Positions 20,401-30,142 of a stretch of 54,877 nt of DNA are shown here, piece by piece. The DNA comes from Candidatus Gottesmanbacteria bacterium (GTDB taxonomy: Bacteria > Patescibacteriota > Microgenomatia > 2-02-FULL-39-11). Every line of letters begins with the position of its first letter. Position 1 is the first letter of the stretch. The notes under the pieces are model-generated. The model searched no databases, was not told the DNA's origin, and saw nothing but the letters and a program-made list of their open reading frames with translations. Where the stretch lies: assembly GCA_016195685.1 (NCBI GenBank), contig JACPZE010000029.1, forward strand, positions 1 through 54,877. The letters run 5' to 3'. The position numbers and the translations under genes are program-made.

Positions 20401-21179
20401 CTATAGGAGAACCGGGTACGCAACTGACAATGAGAGTGCGTCATGCAGGAGGTATCGTGGGACTTGATGTAACTCAAGGTTTGCCTCGTGTAGAAGAGCT
20501 TTTTGAGTCTCGGACTCCGAAGATCTATTCTCCTTTATCTGAAATCGCCGGGAAAGTAAAAGTGGAACAAACAGATTCAGGATATAAAGTAACTATACGA
20601 AGCGTAGGGATAAAGCCAGTTGAAGAAAGAGAATATCTTTTGGCAGCTACATCAGAACCTAGAGTCAAAGACGGAGATTTGATAGCAGCCGGAGAAGAGT
20701 TGACTAACGGACCATTGGATATAAAAGAAGTATTACAGATAAGAGGTCTTTTGGGAGCACAAAGATACCTTTTGGCAGAAATACAAAATGTGTACGAATC
20801 CCAAGGTATACCGATTCACGATAAACATTTCGAAGTTATTATACGGAAAATGAGTGACAAAGTGCGTATAGAAACATCAGGTGATACGATGTTTCTTTCA
20901 GGAGAATTAGCTGACAGGAGAAGATTTGAAGAAGAAAACGCCAGAGTTATTTCCGAAGGGGGAGAACCATCTAGTGCTCAAGTAATTATGCTTGGAATTA
21001 CTCGTGCAGCCCTTTATACAGAATCTTGGTTATCGGCTGCGTCATTTCAGGAAACAACTAGTATATTGACAGATGCAGCGCTTCAGGGAAAAGAAGATCA
21101 CTTGTTGGGGCTAAAAGAAAATGTTATAATCGGAAGACTTATTCCAGTGACCGCAGAAAGAGCCAAATTGGAAGAGTAA
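17460..21179 (+). CDS. rpoC: RNA polymerase beta' subunit
   Basis: Zn ribbon CYCGKYK..C..C, NADFDGD catalytic motif, AQSIGEPGTQL, GLKENVI. Confidence 0.98.
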   Translation: MDKKGNFGNIVDFSGLKLTLASPTDINGWSYGEITKPETINYRTLKPEKDGLFDERIFGPTKDWECYCGKYKRIRYKGIICDKCGVEVTQSKVRRERMGHIKLAAPVAHVWFFKGSPSKLSLILDLTPKSLENVVYFASYLITEIDKDEQKKAQDVLIAVFEKKKKDRTHEYEVKTKAVEEECNKARNDLDNKIKNKEAKDLASEELVFRKKQQLTALTEEYERLEDTAKEILKTIADLIGRLRPLTIISEDEYLKLREYDVGSFFKVGMGAECILEVLKKLDLAKITADLRKKAQELSGPRKIKVTKRLRVAEAIKKAGVDPSWMVWTVLPVIPPDLRPMVQLTGGKFATSDLNDLYRRVINRNNRLKHLIELGAPEIILRNEKRMLQEAVDSLIDASQRTGGRTNTQATLRSLSDMLRGKQGRFRQNLLGKRVDYSGRTVIVVGPELSLTSCGIPKEMALELFKPFVLRELIVRGLAPNVKSAKNILERRQAQVFDILEEITKNHPVLLNRAPTLHKLGIQAFYPILIEGSAIRIHPCVCAGYNADFDGDQMAVHVPLSVSAQQEAKDLMMPSHNLLKPADGSPITIPNKEMALGCFYLTSFAQGSQTVKEEEVKIFLSVEEAIYAYQSGKIDLRVPIRTYINGKLMFTTIGRILFNEMLPDEMRYFNEPVKAVTIKTLLTRAFSLYPQEEVAILIDKFKDFGFYGATMAGGMSLSVFDNLIIPEKAKMINDAEKRSADVNENYRQGLITNEERKRLNNEVWIDITEQLADKTWNAMPDDNPVKIIINSGGARASKDQLKQLCAVKGLVVDPLGKIVELPTKSNYREGLSIFEYVTSTRGSRKGLTDSALKTADAGYLTRRLVDVAHDVIIRSKECGGKNGIEILRGALRQATLETRVNGRVLVEDLIHPKTKKTLLKSGEVLTEDKLYLLDGIDKVVVRSPLTCALTTGLCEACYGIDLSNKKFVNLGTPVGVIAAQSIGEPGTQLTMRVRHAGGIVGLDVTQGLPRVEELFESRTPKIYSPLSEIAGKVKVEQTDSGYKVTIRSVGIKPVEEREYLLAATSEPRVKDGDLIAAGEELTNGPLDIKEVLQIRGLLGAQRYLLAEIQNVYESQGIPIHDKHFEVIIRKMSDKVRIETSGDTMFLSGELADRRRFEEENARVISEGGEPSSAQVIMLGITRAALYTESWLSAASFQETTSILTDAALQGKEDHLLGLKENVIIGRLIPVTAERAKLEE

Positions 21180-21270
21180 GTAACAAATACAATCATTACA
21201 TCAACTAATTATCCAATAAACTAATAAATTTATTAATTGGTTTTGGGACTTATTAGCTGATTGGTTTTTT
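21177..21270. repeat. AT-rich imperfect inverted repeat spacer
   Basis: TAAGTAACAAA...ATCAACTAAT...CCAATAAACTAATAAA/TTTATTAATTGG...ATTAGCTGATTGG followed by a T-run. Confidence 0.55.
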
Positions 21271-21276
21271 TAATTT

Positions 21277-21741
21277 ATGCCAACTATAAATCAATTAGTC
21301 AGAAAAGGGAGAAAAAAAGGAATAAAAAAAACTCGCGCTACGGCACTGCGTAAATATTTCAATGCGAAAGACAGAGTAATAAAACAGTTACCTGCTTCCT
21401 TTAAACGAGGAGTAGTAACTATAGTGAAAACCATGACTCCGAAAAAGCCTAATTCTGCTTTGAGAAAAGTAGCGAGAGTCAGACTTTCCAATAAGCAAGA
21501 AGTCACAGCATATATTCCAGGAATTGGACATGAACTTACAGAACATGCGATTGTTATGATACGAGGTGGAAGGGTAAAAGACCTACCAGGAGTTAAATAT
21601 CATATAGTCCGGGGTAAATATGATACTTCAGGTGTGGCGGGTAGGAAGCAAGGACGTTCACGATACGGAACTAAATTATCAGGTGGCTCCGCTGTAGCCA
21701 AAGCAGCAGTGACGCCTCAGCCGGCAGCTGCGGCCGCATAA
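21277..21741 (+). CDS. rpsL: 30S ribosomal protein S12
   Basis: [30 protein letters not shown]; Ala-rich tail. Confidence 0.98.
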   Translation: MPTINQLVRKGRKKGIKKTRATALRKYFNAKDRVIKQLPASFKRGVVTIVKTMTPKKPNSALRKVARVRLSNKQEVTAYIPGIGHELTEHAIVMIRGGRVKDLPGVKYHIVRGKYDTSGVAGRKQGRSRYGTKLSGGSAVAKAAVTPQPAAAAA

Positions 21742-21744
21742 AAT

Positions 21745-22221
21745 ATGTCTAGAACAGGTAAAATAAAACGAAAAACAGTACAAGCAGATCCGTTATTTGC
21801 AAATAAACTGCTATCCCGGTTTATAAATCGTACTATGAGGGATGGAAAAAAATCTGTCGCACAGCGTATGATTTATGCCGCTTTTGATAAAATTAAGGAA
21901 AAAAATCTAGACCCCCTTTCTGTATTCCAGGGAGCTCTACAAAATGTAGGTCCAAGATTTGAAGTACGACCAAGAAGAGTTGGAGGAGCTTCCTATCAAG
22001 TACCGATGGAAGTAAGGGGAGAAAGAAGAGTTTCTTTAGCTATACGTTGGCTGATAGCCGCAGCAAATAATAGATCTAGTAAGGAATACCATACATTTGC
22101 CGATAAACTTTCTGCAGAACTTCTAGATGCTTACAATAATGCAGGAGAAGCTATAAAGAAAAGAGATTTAATGCAAAGAAATGCTGAGGCGAATAGGGCC
22201 TTTGCACATTTTAAGTGGTGA
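21745..22221 (+). CDS. rpsG: 30S ribosomal protein S7
   Basis: RRVGGASYQVP, AEANRAFAH. Confidence 0.98.
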   Translation: MSRTGKIKRKTVQADPLFANKLLSRFINRTMRDGKKSVAQRMIYAAFDKIKEKNLDPLSVFQGALQNVGPRFEVRPRRVGGASYQVPMEVRGERRVSLAIRWLIAAANNRSSKEYHTFADKLSAELLDAYNNAGEAIKKRDLMQRNAEANRAFAHFKW

Positions 22222-22224
22222 TTT

Positions 22225-22345
22225 TAAAAATTCAAATTACAAAATCCAAATGACAAATAAAGTTCAAAATCCAAATTTCAAATAATTAATTTATTCATTT
22301 GAGTTTTGGATTTGATTTGATATTTGAGTTTTGACATTTGGATTT
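22225..22345. repeat. Long imperfect palindrome built from ~7-nt CAAA(T/A) units
   Basis: Left arm ...CAAAATCCAAATGACAAA...TCAAAATCCAAATTTCAAAT; right arm ATTTGAGTTTTGGATTTG...TTTTGACATTTGGATTT. Confidence 0.8.
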
Positions 22346-22355
22346 ATTTTATTTT

Positions 22356-24473
22356 ATGGCAGGAAATATTACTATTACAAAAAATAGAGATGTACCCCAG
22401 GATAAAATCCGAAACATCGGTATTATCGCGCATATTGATGCCGGTAAAACTACAACAACGGAAAGAATACTTTATTACACTGGTAGGACATATAAAATCG
22501 GTGATATAGACGAAGGTACAACCCAGATGGACTGGATGCCCCAAGAAAAAGAGCGTGGTATTACTATTACAGCTGCAGCCACAACTACATTTTGGAAAGA
22601 TGTGCGTATCAATATTATTGATACTCCTGGACATGTGGATTTCACCGCAGAGGTAGAAAGATCACTCAGAGTCCTCGATGGTGGCGTTACAGTGCTTGAT
22701 GCAGAAGAAGGGGTACAATCTCAATCAGAAACTGTTTGGCATCAGGCTGACAAATACAATGTTCCCCGTGTTTGTTTTGTAAATAAAATGGATAAGCTTG
22801 GTGCGAATTTCTTTCGAACCGTGGACATGATTAGGGATCGTTTAGGCGCAAATCCGGCAATTATGGTATTACCAATAGGGAAAGAATCTACTTTTGTAGG
22901 ATCGGTCGATTTGCTTACGAAAAAATGTTATATCTGGGGAAGTGATGAGTTGGGTGCTAAATACGATATAAAAGACGAAATTCCAGAAGATATGAAGGAA
23001 GATGTTGAAAAATACCGTCATAAACTGATAGAACAGATTTGTGAACAAGATGATCAGCTTTTGGAAAAATATCTAGGTGGTACAGAACCTACATTAGAGG
23101 AACTCAAAAAAGTTTTACGAAAAGCAACAATTGCTTATAAACTCGTTCCTATATATTGTGGTACATCTCTTCGGAATAAAGGAGTGCAACCTCTTTTGGA
23201 TGCTGTAGTGGATTATCTTCCTTCACCTTTGGATATTGCATCTATCAAAGGAGTCAATCCTAAGACTAATACAGAAGAAGTCCGACTGACCAATAAAACT
23301 GCTCCTTTTTCAGGATTGGCATTTAAGATTCAACTTGATCCTCATGTGGGAAAACTTACATATGTGCGTATTTATTCAGGTAAGATTAGTTCAGGTTCTT
23401 ATACTTATAACTCAACTAAAGACAAACAGGAGCGTATCGGAAGACTTCTTATGATGCACGCAAACGAAAGAGAAGAAATTACTGAAGCATTGGCGGGTGA
23501 AATAGTAGGAGTAGTAGGTTTTAAAGATACAGGTACAGGCGATACTATTTGTGATAGCACAAACCCCATTATTTTGGAAAAAATTACTTTTCCAGAACCG
23601 GTTATTTCACTAGCTATTGAGCCTAAAACAAAAGCTGATCAGGAAAAAATGGGTTTAGCATTGCAACGATTATCAGAAGAAGATCCTACTTTTATAATAA
23701 AGTCAAATCCGGAAACAGGGCAAACAATCATTTGGGGAATGGGAGAATTACATTTGGATGTTTTGGTAGACAGGATGAAGAGAGAATTTAAGGTAGATGC
23801 AAGTGTAGGGGCACCACAAGTAGCATATAAAGAAACTATCAAAAAATTGGCAGAAGGTGAGGGAAAATACATAAGACAAACAGGTGGACGGGGACAATAC
23901 GGCCACTGTTTTCTACGAGTGGAACCCAAAGCACGAGGAGAAGGTTACGAATATGAAGATGCTATAAAGGGAGGAGCTATCCCCAAGGAGTTTATTCCAT
24001 CAATAGAAAAGGGTGTGAGAGAAGCATTGGAAAAAGGAGTTCTAGCAGGTTATCCAGTTGTCGATATCAAAGTTACTCTATATGACGGTACATATCACGA
24101 CGTTGATTCATCAGATATCGCTTTTAAGATCGCCGGCAGTATGGCTTTACAAGCAGCAGTGAAACAAGCAGGCCTTGTTCTTCTTGAGCCTATCATGAAA
24201 GTAGAGGTGACGACACCTGATGAGTTTATGGGTACGATTATTGGGGACCTTTCCAGTAAGAGGGCGCAAATTCTAGGTACTGAAAAAAGAGGTCATATTA
24301 CTGTAATTTTAGCCATGTTACCTCTTGCTGAACTTTCAGGTTATGCGACATCACTGCGAAGTCTTTCTCAAGGCCGCGCCGCTTATTATATGGAACCTTC
24401 TCATTATGAAGAGGTTCCCAAAAACATTACCGAAAAAATAGTTTCCGCTACTAATCCCACAAGCGTAAGGTAA
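22356..24473 (+). CDS. fusA: Elongation factor G
   Basis: [34 protein letters not shown]; start moved to ATG 22356. Confidence 0.98.
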   Translation: MAGNITITKNRDVPQDKIRNIGIIAHIDAGKTTTTERILYYTGRTYKIGDIDEGTTQMDWMPQEKERGITITAAATTTFWKDVRINIIDTPGHVDFTAEVERSLRVLDGGVTVLDAEEGVQSQSETVWHQADKYNVPRVCFVNKMDKLGANFFRTVDMIRDRLGANPAIMVLPIGKESTFVGSVDLLTKKCYIWGSDELGAKYDIKDEIPEDMKEDVEKYRHKLIEQICEQDDQLLEKYLGGTEPTLEELKKVLRKATIAYKLVPIYCGTSLRNKGVQPLLDAVVDYLPSPLDIASIKGVNPKTNTEEVRLTNKTAPFSGLAFKIQLDPHVGKLTYVRIYSGKISSGSYTYNSTKDKQERIGRLLMMHANEREEITEALAGEIVGVVGFKDTGTGDTICDSTNPIILEKITFPEPVISLAIEPKTKADQEKMGLALQRLSEEDPTFIIKSNPETGQTIIWGMGELHLDVLVDRMKREFKVDASVGAPQVAYKETIKKLAEGEGKYIRQTGGRGQYGHCFLRVEPKARGEGYEYEDAIKGGAIPKEFIPSIEKGVREALEKGVLAGYPVVDIKVTLYDGTYHDVDSSDIAFKIAGSMALQAAVKQAGLVLLEPIMKVEVTTPDEFMGTIIGDLSSKRAQILGTEKRGHITVILAMLPLAELSGYATSLRSLSQGRAAYYMEPSHYEEVPKNITEKIVSATNPTSVR

Positions 24474-24479
24474 ATATTT

Positions 24480-25361
24480 CTATTTTTCTTTCGTTGCTAA
24501 AATTATCCCGGAGGAAATAATTATCATCCCTAAAATAGATGTTATTTGCGGTATCTCCATATAAAATATTATCCCTAAAATCGAGGCTAAAACAGGTTCG
24601 ATAAGCAAAATAATACTACTAGTTCCCGCTTTTACTGTTTGTAGTCCTTTGTTTAGCAAAAGCCACGCCAGAAAATTATCTATACCAAAAAGGAAAACGA
24701 TAATCCAGCTAAATTTTGATAAGGAAAAGATATTTGGGGTGATTCCTTGAATATAAAAATTCCTTTCAAAAAAGAGAGAGATTATTCCCATAGAAATTAC
24801 TCCACATATAGTAGAGTAAAAAAGAAGTAACTTTGCTGGATAATTTCGTAATTTACGACTCCCAATAAAATAAGATGCATTGAGAATTGCTCCAATGAGA
24901 GCAAAAATTCCCCCGAGTGAACTATTCAGATTAGCGGGATTTAAAAGTAAATAAAGACCAATAAAAGACAGAATTAAAGCTAAAATTATAAATCGCGAGA
25001 TTTTTTCATGGAGAAATATAAAACCGAGTATCGGTGTAATAATTACATATGTTGAGAATATAAATATAGTATTAGCAATTGTAGTATGAAGAACAGCGAA
25101 AGTGAAAAAGAGAGTAGATAGACTATAACCAACAACGGCAATAAATAACATAACAAAATAATCCCTAGCATTTTTCATTTTCAAATCCGTTTTAGTAACT
25201 TTGGCAAAACTAAATGCAACTGTACTAGCCACGATGTACCTCAAAAATACCTGGGAAAAGACTGGAATTTCTTTTGCTAAAAGTCGTACAAATACCGCCA
25301 TTACTGCGTAAAAAAATCCTGCGAAGATAATATAAGCAAAACCTTTATTGATTGTTTGCAT
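24480..25361 (-). CDS. EamA/DMT family transporter
   Basis: 10 TM segments in two EamA repeats (FLRY..A; G.IFLHEK; IEPV.A..LG...Y.E). Confidence 0.88.
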   Translation of the reverse strand: MQTINKGFAYIIFAGFFYAVMAVFVRLLAKEIPVFSQVFLRYIVASTVAFSFAKVTKTDLKMKNARDYFVMLFIAVVGYSLSTLFFTFAVLHTTIANTIFIFSTYVIITPILGFIFLHEKISRFIILALILSFIGLYLLLNPANLNSSLGGIFALIGAILNASYFIGSRKLRNYPAKLLLFYSTICGVISMGIISLFFERNFYIQGITPNIFSLSKFSWIIVFLFGIDNFLAWLLLNKGLQTVKAGTSSIILLIEPVLASILGIIFYMEIPQITSILGMIIISSGIILATKEK

Positions 25362-25416
25362 TGATGTGATTATATATCATTACAAATTCACCCCTAAACA
25401 GATTTCAAACAGCCTC

Positions 25417-25445
25417 TTGCGCAAAAGAAGTTTGTTTTGTATAAT
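25417..25445 (+). promoter_or_regulatory. Sigma70-type promoter for tuf
   Basis: TTGCGC-17-TATAAT. Confidence 0.6.
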
Positions 25446-25496
25446 TTGCGATGCCCCAAAAATATTGGGATTATTTTATTTATTATAAATATTAGG

Positions 25497-25515
25497 ATCC
25501 GCCTAAGCGGCGGAT
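25497..25515. repeat. CCGCC/GGCGG palindrome (REP-like) before the tuf SD
   Basis: ATCCGCC-TAAGC-GGCGGAT. Confidence 0.6.
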
Positions 25516-25536
25516 ATAAGAAAAAAGGAGCTCAAA

Positions 25537-26721
25537 ATGGCAACAGGAGTATTTAATAGAAGTAAACCTCATCTTAATATCGGTACAATTGGTCACGTTG
25601 ACCACGGTAAAACTACTCTAACTTCAGCTATTACTCATGTATTGGCAAAGAAAGGATTTGCCAAGGCACTCAAATACGAAGAAATTGATAATGCTCCAGA
25701 AGAAAAAGCTCGTGGAGTCACCATCAATATTCATCATTCCGAATACGAGACAGAAAAGCGACATTATGCACATATAGACGCTCCTGGTCACGCAGATTAC
25801 ATCAAAAACATGATTACCGGTGCAGCCCAGATGGATGGGGCTATTTTGGTCGTATCAGCTCCGGATGGACCCATGCCTCAGACTAGAGAGCATATACTTT
25901 TAGCCAAACAAGTCAACGTACCTGCGGTAGTAGTTTTCTTAAATAAGGTGGATATGGTGCAGGACAAAGAACTTTTGGATTTAGTCGAGATGGAAGTAAG
26001 GGAACTGCTTACAAAATACGGATTCCCGGGTGATAAAATTCCTGTGATACGCGGAAGTGCATTAAAAGCTGTCCAGGGAGACCCAGACGCAGTTAAATCA
26101 GTTGAGGAACTCATGAAGACTATAGATGAATATGTCCCTACTCCTACAAGAGATGTGGATAAGCCATTTCTCATGCCTATAGAGGATGTATTTTCTATCA
26201 AAGGTAGAGGAACGGTTGTGACAGGGAGAGTTGAAAGGGGTAAGGTTAAAGTGAACGAGGAAGTAGAAATTGTAGGTATTAAACCAACACAAAAAACAGT
26301 TATTACCGGGGTTGAGATGTTTAGGAAAACTCTGGATGAAGCAATGGCCGGAGATAATGTAGGTCTTCTGCTTCGGGGAGTTGAAAAACACCAAGTTGAG
26401 AGAGGACAAGTTATAGCCAAACCCGGTTCAATTACTCCTCATACTGAGTTTGAGGCGGAAATTTATGTCCTGACAAAAGAAGAAGGTGGACGTCATACTC
26501 CATTCTTTACTGGTTACAGACCTCAGTTTTATGTAAAAACTACGGATATCACCGGTGAAATAACATTGCCAAAAGGGGTAGAGATGGTTATGCCAGGTGA
26601 TAGTATAAAAATGACATGTAAGTTGATTGTAGAAGTAGCCATGGAAGAAGGACAAAGATTTGCAGTAAGAGAAGGTGGTCATACAGTCGGAGCTGGGGCT
26701 ATCACAAAAATAATTAAGTAA
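25537..26721 (+). CDS. tuf: Elongation factor Tu
   Basis: [33 protein letters not shown]; SD AAGGAG. Confidence 0.99.
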   Translation: MATGVFNRSKPHLNIGTIGHVDHGKTTLTSAITHVLAKKGFAKALKYEEIDNAPEEKARGVTINIHHSEYETEKRHYAHIDAPGHADYIKNMITGAAQMDGAILVVSAPDGPMPQTREHILLAKQVNVPAVVVFLNKVDMVQDKELLDLVEMEVRELLTKYGFPGDKIPVIRGSALKAVQGDPDAVKSVEELMKTIDEYVPTPTRDVDKPFLMPIEDVFSIKGRGTVVTGRVERGKVKVNEEVEIVGIKPTQKTVITGVEMFRKTLDEAMAGDNVGLLLRGVEKHQVERGQVIAKPGSITPHTEFEAEIYVLTKEEGGRHTPFFTGYRPQFYVKTTDITGEITLPKGVEMVMPGDSIKMTCKLIVEVAMEEGQRFAVREGGHTVGAGAITKIIK

Positions 26722-26751
26722 AACCTACCTGCTTGCAGGTTTAAAAATTGA

Positions 26752-27060
26752 ATGCCAAAGGGAAGAATACGTGTACGTTTAAAAGCATATGACGGCAGAA
26801 TCATTGATGATTCATGCCAAAAAATATTGGATACGGCCGTGCGGACCGGAGCAAAAGTCGTGGGTCCGATACCTCTGCCTACCGATAGACAGCATTTTAG
26901 CGTAAACAGGTCTCCATTTACCGATAAAGACAGTCGGGAAGATTTTTGGATGAGAGTTCATAAGAGACTGATAGATATTCTTGAACCTACAGATAAGACA
27001 ATCGATTCACTTATGCATCTGGAACTTCCTGCCGGTGTGGATATAGAGATAAAGATGTAA
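26752..27060 (+). CDS. rpsJ: 30S ribosomal protein S10
   Basis: [34 protein letters not shown]. Confidence 0.98.
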   Translation: MPKGRIRVRLKAYDGRIIDDSCQKILDTAVRTGAKVVGPIPLPTDRQHFSVNRSPFTDKDSREDFWMRVHKRLIDILEPTDKTIDSLMHLELPAGVDIEIKM

Positions 27061-27071
27061 GTTGGGAAAAA

Positions 27072-27100
27072 TTGAAATCCGGTCTTATTCATTGTATAAT
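27072..27100 (+). promoter_or_regulatory. Internal sigma70-type promoter upstream of rplC
   Basis: TTGAAA-17-TATAAT. Confidence 0.65.
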
Positions 27101-27170
27101 TTATATACAAATCATGGAGGTAAGAAGACTGTAAATTTTGTTTATTAACGGATTTTGGGAGAAAGATCAA

Positions 27171-27195
27171 AGCCCCTATCCGGGGCTATTTTTTT
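27171..27195 (+). terminator. Intrinsic terminator/attenuator-like hairpin immediately before rplC
   Basis: AGCCCC-TATCC-GGGGCT-A-T7, ending 6 nt before the ATG. Confidence 0.6.
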
Positions 27196-27201
27196 ATCTA
27201 G

Positions 27202-27861
27202 ATGATTACATCAATTTTAGGTACAAAAATCATTCAATCTCAGGCATTTACAACTGAGGGGAAAAGGATTCCAGTTACGAAAGTATTAGCTGGACCATGT
27301 TTAGTGGTTAACATAAAGACTAAAATAAATGATGGTTATGATGCCGTCCAGATTGGTCTTGGCCAAAGACGAATTATTACCGTCACTAAGCCACAATTAG
27401 GTAATCTCAAAAAAGCGGGGTTGGAAAAAAATCCACCCCGTTTTTTAAAGGAAATAAAAATCGAGAATGCAACAATGGACAATGAAACAATGGAAAAATT
27501 AAAACCAGGGACGGTTATTAATGTTAATGACGTATTAAAACCCGGTGACACAATTCAAGTTACGGGGATATCCAAGGGTAAAGGATTTCAAGGTGTTGTG
27601 AAGAGACATCATTTCCGAGGCGGACCCAGAACTCATGGACAATCGGATCGGGAACGTGCGCCGGGTTCCATAGGTTCCACTACTACCCCAGGGCGAGTTT
27701 ACAAAGGAAAAAGAATGGCTGGGAGGATGGGTAATGATCGTGTAACACTAAAAAATCTAAAAGTAGTATCAATAGATGCAGAGAAAAATATCTTGACAAT
27801 TTCAGGTTTAGTGCCGGGTGGTAGGAATGCTCTTTTGATTATAAAGAAGACGAGTTCTTAA
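27202..27861 (+). CDS. rplC: 50S ribosomal protein L3
   Basis: SKGKGFQGVVKR, PGRVYKGKRMAGRMG. Confidence 0.98.
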   Translation: MITSILGTKIIQSQAFTTEGKRIPVTKVLAGPCLVVNIKTKINDGYDAVQIGLGQRRIITVTKPQLGNLKKAGLEKNPPRFLKEIKIENATMDNETMEKLKPGTVINVNDVLKPGDTIQVTGISKGKGFQGVVKRHHFRGGPRTHGQSDRERAPGSIGSTTTPGRVYKGKRMAGRMGNDRVTLKNLKVVSIDAEKNILTISGLVPGGRNALLIIKKTSS

Positions 27862-27869
27862 ATTTAAAT

Positions 27870-27925
27870 ATGTTTACACTAAGCCCTTCGAAAACTCAGG
27901 GTAAACGCTGAAAGGAGCGAATGTG
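27870..27925 (+). repeat. Start-codon cassette copy 1 (rplD), 32-nt module plus a 21-nt nested inverted insert; mini-ORF MFTLSPSKTQGKR* at 27870-27911
   Basis: ATGTTTACACTAAGC...GCTGAAAGGAGCGAATGTG. Confidence 0.85.
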
Positions 27926-28750
27926 CCGAACAAAAAAACAATTAAAACAGAAAAAACTCAAGTAAGGCCTAAAACTGATCTCAAAACTGAAGTCTATAAT
28001 CTTTCCGGAGAAATTGTAGGTAAGTTGTCTCTTCCAGGAGAAATTTTTGCAGTGAAAGGCAGTAACCATCTTCTTGCTCAAGCTGTCAGAGTTTATCAAG
28101 CCAATAAAAGGTTAGGTACCCATGACAGTAAAACTAGATCAGAAGTGGTAGGTTCTACCCGTAAAATATACCGACAAAAAGGTACCGGTCGCGCAAGGCA
28201 TGGTAGTATCACTGCGCCTATATTTGTCGGGGGTGGAGTTGCACATGGTCCTCATCCCAGAGATTATTCCTTGACCTTACCCCAAAAAATGAAGAAAGCC
28301 GCACTTTTTGCAGTGTTATCTGATAAATTGCACAACGGATCGCTTAAAGTTGTCAGAGGTTTTGAAAAAATCGCATTGAAAACTAAAATAATGAATGAAA
28401 CTTTAAATAATTTAAAGTTTAATGAGGAAACAAAGAAAAAAGAAAATATTCTTCTGATCACGTCAGAAAATCTAAAAAACATAATTCTCTCTGGCAGGAA
28501 TATAGATAACTTAACTATTGAAAACGTAAAATTATTAAATACTTTGAAAGTCATTTCTCATAGGAATTTACTACTTATGGAAGAGGCGGTACCTGTATTA
28601 GCGAGTCATTTTCTTTCCCAGAATAAACAAAAACTTCTTTCCGGTATTTCAACCAAAAAAGAAAAAGTAGTAAAAAAATCAGCCTCAACTAAAAACAGAT
28701 CAGCCAAAAAAGAAATCAAGCCAACAAAAAAACTGAAAGCTAAAAAATAA
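27923..28750 (+). CDS. rplD: 50S ribosomal protein L4 (GTG start, Lys-rich tail)
   Basis: KTRSEV, QKGTGRARHG, GGGVAHGP. Confidence 0.97.
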   Translation: MPNKKTIKTEKTQVRPKTDLKTEVYNLSGEIVGKLSLPGEIFAVKGSNHLLAQAVRVYQANKRLGTHDSKTRSEVVGSTRKIYRQKGTGRARHGSITAPIFVGGGVAHGPHPRDYSLTLPQKMKKAALFAVLSDKLHNGSLKVVRGFEKIALKTKIMNETLNNLKFNEETKKKENILLITSENLKNIILSGRNIDNLTIENVKLLNTLKVISHRNLLLMEEAVPVLASHFLSQNKQKLLSGISTKKEKVVKKSASTKNRSAKKEIKPTKKLKAKK

Positions 28751-28752
28751 AT

Positions 28753-29052
28753 ATGATTATCGCAAACATTATTAGAAAACCTATCATTACAGAAAGATCT
28801 TTGATTGATGCTAGACTTGGAGTTTTTACATTTGAAGTGGATAAAAACGCCAATAAACACCAGATCAAAGAAAAAATAGAAAACCTTTTTAAAGTGCACG
28901 TAAAAAAAATCACCAGCGCAAATTTCAAAGGTAAAAAAAGATTAGTCGGTAAAAAAAGAACCCCTGTATATCAACCTGACAGGAAAAAAGTTTGGGTGAG
29001 GTTAGCAAAAGACGAGAAAATCGATTTATTTGAAGTAGGAGAGAAAAAATGA
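28753..29052 (+). CDS. rplW: 50S ribosomal protein L23
   Basis: PIITE, FEV...ANK.QIK, operon position. Confidence 0.95.
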   Translation: MIIANIIRKPIITERSLIDARLGVFTFEVDKNANKHQIKEKIENLFKVHVKKITSANFKGKKRLVGKKRTPVYQPDRKKVWVRLAKDEKIDLFEVGEKK

Positions 29053-29816
29053 ATACATCAACTTATTTCCACCCGGAAAAAACGTTGATGGCAATACTAC
29101 CGAAGAATTCAGGTAGGAATAATATTGGTCATGTAACAAGTAGGCATCAAGGCGGTAGAGAAAAACGTTACTATAGAGCTATTGATTTCAAAAGAAATAA
29201 ATATGATATTGTTGGTCGTGTAATTACATTTGAATATGATCCGAACAGAAATGTTGATATCTCGCTTATACATTATGCTGATGGAGAAAAAAGATATATT
29301 TTAAGACCAGTAGGACTTAATATTGGTGACAGTGTTTCTTCTGGAGAAAATGTTGAAGTGAAAGTGGGAAATAGTTTACCGCTTAGCCAGGTTCCGTTGG
29401 GCACGCCAATCCATAATCTGGAGTTATCCAAGGGTCGAGGAGCTCAAATAGTGCGTGGGGCAGGTACGATGGCTGTAGTGTTGTCGAAAGAAGGTAAATT
29501 CGCCCAAGTAAAATTGCCATCAGGAGAAGTCAGGAAAATTGATGTAGGTTGTCATGCTACTATCGGTCAGATCTCTAATCTAGATTGGAAGAATAAAAAT
29601 TTGGGTAAAGCCGGTAGATCAAGACATATGGGGATTAGGCCAAAAGTCCGAGGAACAGCCCAGAACCCGCGTTCTCATCCTCACGGTGGAGGAGAAGGTA
29701 GAAGCGGTGAAGGATTAAAACAAGCAAAAACTCCTTGGGGTAAACCGGCAAGAGGTTTAAAGACACGCAAGAAGAATAAATATAGTAATCGTTATATAGT
29801 ACAAAGGAGAAAATAA
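29049..29816 (+). CDS. rplB: 50S ribosomal protein L2 (N-terminally shortened)
   Basis: [30 protein letters not shown]. Confidence 0.97.
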   Translation: MNTSTYFHPEKTLMAILPKNSGRNNIGHVTSRHQGGREKRYYRAIDFKRNKYDIVGRVITFEYDPNRNVDISLIHYADGEKRYILRPVGLNIGDSVSSGENVEVKVGNSLPLSQVPLGTPIHNLELSKGRGAQIVRGAGTMAVVLSKEGKFAQVKLPSGEVRKIDVGCHATIGQISNLDWKNKNLGKAGRSRHMGIRPKVRGTAQNPRSHPHGGGEGRSGEGLKQAKTPWGKPARGLKTRKKNKYSNRYIVQRRK

Positions 29817-29818
29817 AA

Positions 29819-30103
29819 ATGTCTAGATCTAGTAAAAAAGGACCATATATAGATAAAAGATTACTGAAAAAAGTTATAATCCAAAAAAATTCCGGTCAAA
29901 ATACGCCGATAAAAACATGGTCAAGAGCTTGCCAGATTCCGCCAGATTTTGTCGGTCACAAATTTGCAGTTTACAACGGTAAGAATTTTATCGAGGTATT
30001 TGTAAGCGAAGGTATGGTAGGACATAGACTTGGAGAATTCTCTCAAACAAGAACATTCCGAGGTCATGGTCAAGTGACTAAGAGAATTTTGGAAAAGACA
30101 TAA
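29819..30103 (+). CDS. rpsS: 30S ribosomal protein S19
   Basis: [25 protein letters not shown]. Confidence 0.98.
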   Translation: MSRSSKKGPYIDKRLLKKVIIQKNSGQNTPIKTWSRACQIPPDFVGHKFAVYNGKNFIEVFVSEGMVGHRLGEFSQTRTFRGHGQVTKRILEKT

Positions 30104-30107
30104 TATT

Positions 30108-30142
30108 ATGTTTACACTGAACGAATTAAAGGAGTGAACGTG
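30108..30142 (+). repeat. Start-codon cassette copy 2 (rplV); mini-ORF MFTLNELKE* at 30108-30137
   Basis: ATGTTTACACTGAACGAATTAAAGGAGTGAACGTG. Confidence 0.85.

Noticed and set aside
28620-28750. Lys-rich tails on L4, L17, S9 and NusA as extra domains
   Set aside because: Low-complexity extensions without motifs, commonly seen in this kind of genome
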